DNA from: an uncultured SAR86 cluster bacterium
GTDB lineage: Bacteria > Pseudomonadota > Gammaproteobacteria > Magnimaribacterales > D2472
Direction: 5' to 3'
DNA length: 64,000 nt
NCBI GenBank assembly: GCA_902624425.1
Contig: CACNXK010000003.1
Coordinates: 41,798-105,797, forward strand
The notes beneath the pieces were generated by a model, which had not been told where the DNA came from, did not search any database, and saw only the letters and a program-made list of their open reading frames with translations. Each line of letters begins with the position of its first letter. The first letter of the stretch is position 1. Below are positions 47,055 to 54,776 of this stretch, piece by piece. Position numbers and translations under genes: made by a program.

Positions 47055-47942
47055 ATGCGCATAAAATTGTATTTTTCTATAGTTTGCTTATTTATCTCTT
47101 TTTCTTCTTTCACAGACAGCTTCAATAAGTTAACGTTCTCACTTTGGTCAAAACCAGATATAGAAATCTTTTATTCACTTCCGGAGGAGGTGAATCAAGA
47201 TACTAAAGTGCTTTTTGTTATTCATGGCGCATCAAGGACAGCCGAGTCATATTTTAGAAAATGGTATGAATATACGAATAATAAAAATATTATTTTGATT
47301 GCACCAAAATTTGATAAAGCAGCTTTTCCATCCTATAACTCTCTTGTTGTCGATAAAAAGCTTGCTCAAGGAAAAGGCTGTGAATATGAATATTCAGGAT
47401 ACTGTCTAGAACCTCAAAACAATCCCAACAACTCTCTTAGTGACTCAATAAGCCTAATATTTGATTATTTTAGATCTAAATTCGAGATTCAGGAGAACTC
47501 ATATAGAATTTATGGTCACTCAGGAGGGTCACAGTTTGTTCATAGATATCTTTTATTTGGTCAGGATACTAGGGCTGAAAAAGCAGTTATGGCCAATGCT
47601 GGATGGTATACCTTTTTAAAAGATATTAATTATCCTTATGGTGTCAAAGATATGCCTATCTCTGAAGATAGACTCAAATGGTTTCTATCTCTTAAAGGAG
47701 CGATTATGCTTGGTGACGAAGATATAGACCCTAACCATGGTTCATTAAGGAGTGATAAAGGGGCAAAAGAGCAGGGTAATAATAGATTTCAAAGGGGCAT
47801 TCGTTATTTTGAAAGAAATGTTCTCATTGCTGATTCTTTCGATATGCCATTTAGATGGAGATTGCAAGTTGTCAAAAATGCAGCTCATGAGAACTCAAAA
47901 ATGATACAAGCTGCAGCTCCATTCTTACTTGAAGATCTCTGA
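47055..47942 (+). CDS. Exported alpha/beta hydrolase (esterase)
   Basis: Signal peptide MRIKLYFSIVCLFISFSSF, VLFVIHGASRTAE, and nucleophile elbow GHSGGSQF. The track start (TTG at 47037) is less likely. Confidence 0.6.
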   Translation: MRIKLYFSIVCLFISFSSFTDSFNKLTFSLWSKPDIEIFYSLPEEVNQDTKVLFVIHGASRTAESYFRKWYEYTNNKNIILIAPKFDKAAFPSYNSLVVDKKLAQGKGCEYEYSGYCLEPQNNPNNSLSDSISLIFDYFRSKFEIQENSYRIYGHSGGSQFVHRYLLFGQDTRAEKAVMANAGWYTFLKDINYPYGVKDMPISEDRLKWFLSLKGAIMLGDEDIDPNHGSLRSDKGAKEQGNNRFQRGIRYFERNVLIADSFDMPFRWRLQVVKNAAHENSKMIQAAAPFLLEDL

Positions 47943-47961
47943 ATACTTGACTTTCCTGCTA

Positions 47962-48027
47962 ATGTGTCTATTATGTGACATTAATGTTACAAATTGACAT
48001 GCAAATGTCACAATTAGGACACAATAA
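47962..48027 (+). repeat. Six degenerate 11-bp direct repeats in helical phase
   Basis: ATGTGTCTATT / ATGTGACATTA / ATGTTACAAAT / TGACATGCAAA / TGTCACAATTA / GGACACAATAA. The array also includes the inverted repeat TGTGACAT (47974-47981) / ATGTCACA (48005-48012) and the hairpin TGACAT-GCAA-ATGTCA (47995-48010). Confidence 0.7.
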
Positions 48028-48105
48028 AATGAGTAAAATTTTTAAAAAATTAGACGAGTTGATGAAGGAAAGTTCTATAAGTAAAGTTTGTCTTAATTTT
48101 ATAGA

Positions 48106-49062
48106 TTAATAAGATAGCTTAATACTATTTATAATCTCTCCCTCTATATCCAATAGTTCGACTAAAACGGAGTTGTTGTCAATCTCAATAACTCCGTAAT
48201 TCTCTTTATAGTATGTTTCATCAATTAAATATTCGTCAGTTTCATCAAAAGAACTTCCAGGTTTATTCATAGAGGAAGAAGTTATTTCATAAATTCCATC
48301 CATGTTGTAGATTCCACCTCTATGTCTATCACCCGAAACAAGCAAAACATTATTTTTGTGATTATCAATTAGGCTCAACAATCTTTTTTGCTCAAGAGGG
48401 AAATTGCTCCACTTTTCGTAAGGATGATCTTTGGCAATTATTTGGATAGAACTAAATACAATTAAGAAATCAAACTCATCTTTTAGTTCACTCTCTAACC
48501 AATTCCACTGACTAGTTCCAAGAATTGTTGCGTCAGGATTTAGGTTCTCAACATAATTTCCTTTTGGACCCTTTAATTTAGATCTAAAAAATCTTGTATC
48601 TAAAAAAATTAGTTTAAAAACCTTACCATTTATTATTTTTTCTTCTGAAAAATAAATACCATCTCTATTATGTCTATCGTCATCTAAGGATATGTCCCAA
48701 AAATTTAGAAATATTTCTTGAGATTGTCTTTTAAGAGAATATTCAGAGCCAGCATCATTTAGCCCGTAATCATGATCATCCCAAATTGGAAATATCTCTA
48801 CATTATTTAACCATTTTGGAAATAGATCTTTCTGCTTTTTATAAGCGCCAACCATTTTCCTCAAAGATCCGCTTGGAACATCGCCATATACATTATCTCC
48901 AAGGAATACAAAGTAATCCAAGTTCTCTTCACCAATAGCATCCCAGATAGGTTGAGGAAAATCTTGATCAAGGCATGATCCAAGACCAAATTTTACAGTG
49001 TCGGCATGAACAAAAGACAAACTTAAAGCAGATAAAAGATATAATTTGATAAAATTGTTCAT
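48106..49062 (-). CDS. Exported PhoD-like metallophosphatase
   Basis: Signal peptide. YFVFLGDNVYGD, PIWDDHDYGLNDAG and LLVSGDRHRGG metallophosphoesterase/PhoD-like motifs. Confidence 0.75.
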   Translation of the reverse strand: MNNFIKLYLLSALSLSFVHADTVKFGLGSCLDQDFPQPIWDAIGEENLDYFVFLGDNVYGDVPSGSLRKMVGAYKKQKDLFPKWLNNVEIFPIWDDHDYGLNDAGSEYSLKRQSQEIFLNFWDISLDDDRHNRDGIYFSEEKIINGKVFKLIFLDTRFFRSKLKGPKGNYVENLNPDATILGTSQWNWLESELKDEFDFLIVFSSIQIIAKDHPYEKWSNFPLEQKRLLSLIDNHKNNVLLVSGDRHRGGIYNMDGIYEITSSSMNKPGSSFDETDEYLIDETYYKENYGVIEIDNNSVLVELLDIEGEIINSIKLSY

Positions 49063-49075
49063 AAATAAATTATAG

Positions 49076-49807
49076 ATGATGATTAAGAAAAAAAATCTTT
49101 TAATTGCTTTATTTTTTTTAGCCTCCTGCAGTAATGAAAGCTCTTATGAGCAACAAAATCTTTCTGAATTAATTCAACCAGATCTCAATTACTTCAGTTC
49201 CCAGTATGATTGTTCATTATTGGGCGCTAATAATTTAAACGACCTCGAACAATATATTCCAAAACTTTCAGCTTTACTCAAAAATCATAGTTTTAAATAT
49301 CAATTAGAGTTTTACTTTGCTGATAATCAAAAAAATGAAATAAAGAGCTTTATTATTAATGTTAAAAATAGTCAAGTTATTGATAGAGAAAAACTGGGAT
49401 TATTTATTAATTCTGAAAATGAGATATTTCAATGTCTCCAAAAAAATAATAATCTTATTGCAACAACTTTAATATCTAAGTTAGATATACAGAACAGTAT
49501 TTTTTATCTAGAGATACTTGATTGTGAATTTTCTTCAGATTCAAATTTCGGAACGTTTAAGGTTGCATCTGATTATTTCTTTAATTTATTGAACGAATAT
49601 AGTATTGCTTATAAGGCTGATTTTCTTAATTCAGATTCAGATTCTAGAAACTTTTATTGGCATAATTTATTTAATTCTCCTGAGGATAGAGATGATTTCT
49701 TTGCTAACTGGGTTGGCAGTGATGAATCTATTGAAATCAAGGAATTATTTTCTGGACAATCTGAATGTTTTTCATCTAACTCATATATTGGTTATAAGGT
49801 TTATTAG
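49076..49807 (+). CDS. Lipoprotein of unknown function (paralogue 1 of a three-gene family)
   Basis: Lipobox LIALFFLASCSN. Shares the repeated module ...C.F....[ND]F......Y.........FYWHNLFNSPEDRDDFFANW with the next two genes. Confidence 0.6.
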   Translation: MMIKKKNLLIALFFLASCSNESSYEQQNLSELIQPDLNYFSSQYDCSLLGANNLNDLEQYIPKLSALLKNHSFKYQLEFYFADNQKNEIKSFIINVKNSQVIDREKLGLFINSENEIFQCLQKNNNLIATTLISKLDIQNSIFYLEILDCEFSSDSNFGTFKVASDYFFNLLNEYSIAYKADFLNSDSDSRNFYWHNLFNSPEDRDDFFANWVGSDESIEIKELFSGQSECFSSNSYIGYKVY

Positions 49808-49912
49808 TTTTTAGGTGTTTTTTTTAACTATATATTGATTTTTGGATGTGATACTGAAACAATCATATTGAGATTAAATCTCATTAAAAAATATAATTTA
49901 CGGAGGATATAA

Positions 49913-50671
49913 ATGAAATATTTATTACTTGTACCTTTTTTATTTTCAATTACTAGCTTTGCTCAGGACTCTGAATATAAGTATGAACCAGTTGTTAATA
50001 AAGCTGAGTACTATATAGGTACATATAACAATGGAAAAGATCTAGATGATATGGTTATGTGGTATCAAAAATTTGCTGATTGGGCTGAAGATCAGGGTGA
50101 TGTTTACGACACAATGACGGTAGCTCTGCTTACGCCTTATTTTAATAGTGATTTATCAGCAGTTGATGTTGTTTGGGTAAATAATTGGCCATCATCTGTT
50201 GAACAATTTAAGGGTTTAGAAACTTGGGTCACTGGAGGAGGGGATAAGTTACTAAGAACTCTTCCTTCTACTAATTCTGAACAAGTTGATGCATGGCAAT
50301 GGACTATTTCTGATCCTGCTGAATTTGGCGTTGGAGATATGATGTATGCAACCTATTCAGACTGCTCTAATGCGGAAGGTGTCAATAATAATAATGTTTA
50401 TGATCTTTATATGGATTTTGCCAAGATGGTGAAGAAAGATGGAGATACAATAGGTAGAAAAATGATTGTGCCAAATGCCGGTCGAGCACTTCCTGAAGGA
50501 GTAGACTTTATTAGATTAATGTATACAGCATCAATATCTGAAACAGGTGTGAACCAAGCTCTATACAATGATAAATTTGCAGATCGTCAAGAAACTAAAG
50601 ACTTACAAGCCAGTTTTACATGCACTAATGCAAGAACTTATACTGGTCTTGTAATGAGAGCTCCGGAGTAA
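49913..50671 (+). CDS. Exported protein of unknown function (paralogue 2)
   Basis: Signal peptide MKYLLLVPFLFSITSFAQD. Module YYIGTYNNGKDLDDM...VVWVNNWPSSVEQFKGLETW, with an internal second copy. Confidence 0.6.
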   Translation: MKYLLLVPFLFSITSFAQDSEYKYEPVVNKAEYYIGTYNNGKDLDDMVMWYQKFADWAEDQGDVYDTMTVALLTPYFNSDLSAVDVVWVNNWPSSVEQFKGLETWVTGGGDKLLRTLPSTNSEQVDAWQWTISDPAEFGVGDMMYATYSDCSNAEGVNNNNVYDLYMDFAKMVKKDGDTIGRKMIVPNAGRALPEGVDFIRLMYTASISETGVNQALYNDKFADRQETKDLQASFTCTNARTYTGLVMRAPE

Positions 50672-50673
50672 AG

Positions 50674-51456
50674 ATGTATAAATTACTTTTAATAACTACT
50701 TTACTGTTTAATTCTTTTTCAGCAATTGCTGAAACATCTGATCAATATATTCATAGGTCAGAGTTTTTTTTCTGTAATTTTAATGATGGAAAAGACTATA
50801 GTGATCTGCTAAAAGAACAGGCCTCTTATGAAGGATTCTTAAAGGAAAAAGGACTTCAATATAACAGAATCAATTTGTTACCTATCTGGGATAATAATGC
50901 AGAGTATGATTATGTTATGTGGGGTAATTGGCCAAGCGGTCAAGATCAATATAAAGAATGGGGCGCCTATATGAATGAGTATCCAAAATGGGCAAGAGAG
51001 AATGATGTTCCCCCTCAAAATGTCGGCGACTGTGCAAAAGGAGCTGTTTCTATGAGGTTTCATTCCGTCCTAAGACTAAGAATCCCTATGGAGGAAAGAG
51101 ATGAGCGTCTATTCACTGATTGGAGAAGATGTAAGTTTACTGAAGATGCAAATGTTACAAAACTTAAAGCTCTTTATGCTAAACAAGAAAAATTAGCAAA
51201 AGATTTTGGACTAGGTGGATATGGAGTAAGTCTTTTTACACCATATAGAGGTAATCAGGAAGCAACAGATCGTGACTTTATGATGATGACGCATTGGTAT
51301 AACTCTGATAGTAGAGTCAATATGATTTCATCTTGGAGAGAATGGAACGATTTAATGCGGGAGAATGGTATGTGGGAAGAAAGATCTAAACATATTGAGT
51401 CATGCTCAAATGCTGATACATACCAAGCTCACATGATTTACAACACTCATGAATAG
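50674..51456 (+). CDS. Exported protein of unknown function (paralogue 3)
   Basis: Signal peptide. Module FFFCNFNDGKDYSDL...YVMWGNWPSGQDQYKEWGAY. Lies 2 nt after paralogue 2. Confidence 0.6.
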   Translation: MYKLLLITTLLFNSFSAIAETSDQYIHRSEFFFCNFNDGKDYSDLLKEQASYEGFLKEKGLQYNRINLLPIWDNNAEYDYVMWGNWPSGQDQYKEWGAYMNEYPKWARENDVPPQNVGDCAKGAVSMRFHSVLRLRIPMEERDERLFTDWRRCKFTEDANVTKLKALYAKQEKLAKDFGLGGYGVSLFTPYRGNQEATDRDFMMMTHWYNSDSRVNMISSWREWNDLMRENGMWEERSKHIESCSNADTYQAHMIYNTHE

Positions 51457-51478
51457 TACTTGGTAGATTTTAAAAAAA

Positions 51479-51498
51479 GGGGCTCATGCCCCTTTTTT
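51479..51498 (+). terminator. Rho-independent terminator after paralogue 3
   Basis: Stem GGGGC / GCCCC, loop TCAT, A-tract before and T6 after. Confidence 0.8.
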
Positions 51499-51519
51499 AT
51501 TTTATAATACTGATTCTGT

Positions 51520-51595
51520 GCGGGTGTGGTGTTAACGGCTAGCACAATAGCCTTCCAAGCTATTGGTACGGGTTCGAATCCCGTCACCCGCTCCA
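51520..51595 (+). tRNA. tRNA-Gly (anticodon UCC)
   Basis: GCGGGTGTGGTGTTAACGGCTAGCACAATAGCCTTCCAAGCTATTGGTACGGGTTCGAATCCCGTCACCCGCTCCA. The cloverleaf checks by hand; loop CTTCCAA. Confidence 0.9.
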
Positions 51596-51604
51596 TTAAA
51601 ACAA

Positions 51605-51626
51605 AAGCGGACCAAGGCCCGCTTTT
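51605..51626 (+). terminator. Hairpin plus T-run after tRNA-Gly(UCC)
   Basis: AAGCGGACC AA GGCCCGCTT followed by TTTT (one internal mismatch). Confidence 0.55.
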
Positions 51627-51706
51627 AGTTGACCCCTGGGGAAAAAAATTAAGAGGAATTGGTCAACACTTATATGGACAAACCTTATTAAGATAAGTTC
51701 AGTTTT

Positions 51707-52441
51707 TTATAGAAATAAAATTAGGAATAATGTTGCAAGGCCCATACCAGTTCCAAATGGTAGGAGTGTTCCTTCTTTAAAGCCTGTAATATAGATCAAT
51801 AAAGAAATAATTGATCCTCCAAGAACAATCGGCCCAATTAACTTATATCCTAGAACTGAACAAAGTGATGCTAAAAAAATAAAATCGCCATCACCAATAC
51901 CATCTTTTGATTTGATTGATTTAAAAATGAAATTCAATAACCACAATGAAGAATATCCTAAACATATACCTAAAAAAGAATCAGTGATAGTGATTTCATT
52001 ACCTATTAATGCTAGTGCCAATCCTAAAATTATTATTAGAGTGCTTATATTTGTAGAAAGTAAAAGAAATTTATAATCTAAAAGTATTTGGATAATTATT
52101 AATATACAAATTAGATAAAGCAAAATATTGATCCAAGTAATATCGAGATTAATAAAGAAAAAGATTGTAAACAGACCAATCAAAAGCTCATAAATTAGAT
52201 AAGAAACTTTAATTCTTGATTTGCAGTACCAACATTTTCCCATCAAAAACAAATAACTGATGATAGGTATAAGCATTAGGGGCTTTAAAGTTCTTTTACA
52301 ACTTGGACAGAAAGATGGAGGACTAGTTATGGAAATTGCTTTAGCTTCTAACGTTAGTGTTTGACGATTTATAAAGCTGAATATAAAGCTTCCAAAAATA
52401 GCTCCAACAAATAAAAAAACAAAAAAATCTATTAAGAACAA
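51707..52441 (-). CDS. pilD: Prepilin peptidase (A24 family; PilD/GspO)
   Basis: Cys motif CPSCKRTL...CWYCKSRI, Asp motif GIGDGDFIFLA, polytopic, 244 aa. Confidence 0.8.
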   Translation of the reverse strand: MFLIDFFVFLFVGAIFGSFIFSFINRQTLTLEAKAISITSPPSFCPSCKRTLKPLMLIPIISYLFLMGKCWYCKSRIKVSYLIYELLIGLFTIFFFINLDITWINILLYLICILIIIQILLDYKFLLLSTNISTLIIILGLALALIGNEITITDSFLGICLGYSSLWLLNFIFKSIKSKDGIGDGDFIFLASLCSVLGYKLIGPIVLGGSIISLLIYITGFKEGTLLPFGTGMGLATLFLILFL

Positions 52442-52524
52442 TTTACTTTCTTTTTGTAAAGAAATAACAAAATATTAAAAAAAGAATTGTGGGGACTGCA
52501 TAAATAGAAATTACTATAAGTTTA

Positions 52525-54219
52525 TCAACCATTATTTACTCCTAAAGCGAGAGAATCCGGTCTTCTTAAATCGGAAACTCCAAGGAATTCTCCATTACTA
52601 ATCATTATTGATTGTGTGCATGTTGCTGTATCAATAATATCGACATCATAACCTAGATCTAATAATTCATTTAACTGTTTATAGTTTTCTTCAATATCAA
52701 TGTCATCAGGATACCATTGATGATGAATCCTTTTGGAAGCTGTTGCTTCTTCGAGCGAATGCTTAAAATCAACTACATTCAGGATAATTTGCAGTACTGC
52801 AGTTATAATTCTGGAACCACCTGGAGAGCCAATAGCAAGAAATGGTTTATCATTTTCAAATACAAGTGTTGGAGTCATTGAGCTTAAAGGTCTTTTAGCT
52901 GGCTCTATCTCATTAGCCTTGCCGCCCAATAATCCAAATTGATTAGGAACACCAGGTTGTCCAGAAAAATCATCCATCTCATTATTCATCAAGACCCCAG
53001 TACCTTTTATAGTTACTCCTGATCCAAAAGCTGAATTTATGGTGTAGGTATTAGATATAACATTTCCAAACTTGTCAGCAATTGAGAAATGAGTCGTTTC
53101 ATTAGATTCAAGATTTATATACATTCCTGGGTTAATTTTTGATGAGGGCAAGACGCCTAAATCTTTAATTGATGCAGAAATCTTTTTTGCATACTCCTTT
53201 GATGTTATTTTAGAGATAGGTACTTCAAAAAAATCAGGATCTCCAAGATACTCAGACCTATCTGCATATGCATATTTCATTGTTTCTGAAAGTAAAGAAA
53301 CATATTCATAACTATTATGTTCATAAGAACTTAATTCAAAATTTTCTAAAATATTGAGCATTTGAATAAGATGAATACCCCCGGATGAGGGAGGAGGCAT
53401 GGTAACTATTGTTTTTCCTCTGTAAGTCCCTTTAATGGGATCTCTCCAAACGGATCTATAATCTAAGAGATCCTGCTCTGTGATTAATCCGCCATTTTCT
53501 CTCATATCAGCAGCTATTAAAGAAGCTGTTTCTCCTGAATAGAATCCATTTAGGCCATCCTTTTGTATTCTTTTTAATGTTTTAGCAAGATCATTTTGTA
53601 TTAACCTAGAATCTTTTAGGTTAGGGTAGTTTCTTAAAAAGATATTCCGAGTTTCGTCATAATATGACATTTTTTCAGAATAATTATTAAGGGTTTGAGC
53701 CATATAATCAGACATGACAAAACCTCTTTCAGCTAAAATTATTGCTGGTTGAATTAGATCTGCCCATGGCAGAGAACCAAATCTTTGATGAACACTCCAA
53801 AAACCATGAACTGTTCCTGGAACACCAATTGCTTTATATCCAAATGTTGACTTGAGAATATCAAATTCTCCATTCTCATCTAGATACATGTCTCTAAAAG
53901 ATGCAGCAGGAGCCTTTTCACGATAATCAATGGCATAGGTGTCGTTTGAATCTTCATCATAAATGACCATAAATCCGCCACCACCTATATTTCCGGCTCG
54001 TGGAAGAACAACTGCTAATGCGAAGCCAACTGCTATAGCTGCATCAAAGGCATTACCGCCTTGAGTTAATATATTTTCACCTATTTCAGTTGCTAGATAG
54101 TGCTGAGTTACAACCACACCATCTGAAGAAATATCTGATTGAGCATAAGAAGCAATCGATTGCGAAGGGACGGATATTAAAACAAGCGCAAGAAAAAAAT
54201 TATAAATAATTTTCATCAA
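52525..54219 (-). CDS. ggt: Gamma-glutamyltranspeptidase
   Basis: Signal peptide, GGGGFMVIY, the autoprocessing/catalytic Thr region ESNETTHFSIADKFGN, and GSPGGSRIIT. Confidence 0.93.
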   Translation of the reverse strand: MMKIIYNFFLALVLISVPSQSIASYAQSDISSDGVVVTQHYLATEIGENILTQGGNAFDAAIAVGFALAVVLPRAGNIGGGGFMVIYDEDSNDTYAIDYREKAPAASFRDMYLDENGEFDILKSTFGYKAIGVPGTVHGFWSVHQRFGSLPWADLIQPAIILAERGFVMSDYMAQTLNNYSEKMSYYDETRNIFLRNYPNLKDSRLIQNDLAKTLKRIQKDGLNGFYSGETASLIAADMRENGGLITEQDLLDYRSVWRDPIKGTYRGKTIVTMPPPSSGGIHLIQMLNILENFELSSYEHNSYEYVSLLSETMKYAYADRSEYLGDPDFFEVPISKITSKEYAKKISASIKDLGVLPSSKINPGMYINLESNETTHFSIADKFGNVISNTYTINSAFGSGVTIKGTGVLMNNEMDDFSGQPGVPNQFGLLGGKANEIEPAKRPLSSMTPTLVFENDKPFLAIGSPGGSRIITAVLQIILNVVDFKHSLEEATASKRIHHQWYPDDIDIEENYKQLNELLDLGYDVDIIDTATCTQSIMISNGEFLGVSDLRRPDSLALGVNNG

Positions 54220-54776
54220 TGAACCTTTTTACTTTCACCAGAGATATTCGATAAGTCATATCCTAAATCCTCAGAAACAGCTGAAATAAGATTGTGGGGA
54301 GGCTCATCAAATATTAAATCAGTATTTGCATCTATGACATGCCAAGAATTATTCTTAATTTCAGACTCAAGTTGATTTGCAGACCAGCCACAATATCCAA
54401 GAAATAATTTAAATTTATTTGGCCCAGCATTAGTGTTTACACTATTAATTACCTCTGGAGCACTTGTAAGAAAAAGCCTATCAGTTAAAGGACTAGTATT
54501 CGCATTTGAGATTGATCTATCATTATGCAGCATGAAAACCTTATCTAGATCTACTGGGCCTCCTCGCATAAGCCTTTCAAAGCTAGTTATATGATTATTA
54601 GTTTTATTACCTATTGATGATAAAAATTTTGATACAGTAAAATCAGTAGGCTGATTTACTATAAAGCCAAAAGCACCATTGCCATCATGTTCGCATAAAT
54701 ATATCAATGTATTAGAAAAAAAGTCACCAGGCACCTTTTCTATAAAATATAGAAATTTATTTTTTAAGGATTTCAT
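54216..54776 (-). CDS. algH: YqgE/AlgH family protein (UPF0301)
   Basis: FFSNTLIYLCEHDGNGAFGFIVNQP, RGGPV, and GYCGWSANQLESEI..NSW. Confidence 0.88.
   Translation of the reverse strand: MKSLKNKFLYFIEKVPGDFFSNTLIYLCEHDGNGAFGFIVNQPTDFTVSKFLSSIGNKTNNHITSFERLMRGGPVDLDKVFMLHNDRSISNANTSPLTDRLFLTSAPEVINSVNTNAGPNKFKLFLGYCGWSANQLESEIKNNSWHVIDANTDLIFDEPPHNLISAVSEDLGYDLSNISGESKKVH

Noticed and set aside
47974-47991. TGTGACATTAATGTTACA as a CRP site (TGTGA-N6-TCACA).
   Set aside because: After TGTGA plus 6 nt, the second half reads TGTTA, not TCACA. The sequence is better explained as part of the 11-bp phased repeat array.
49605-49814. 69-aa + strand ORF in an alternative frame at the end of the lipoprotein gene.
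   Set aside because: It lies entirely within the paralogue-1 CDS in another frame. The product is a hydrophobic Ile/Leu-rich artefact of AT-rich sequence.
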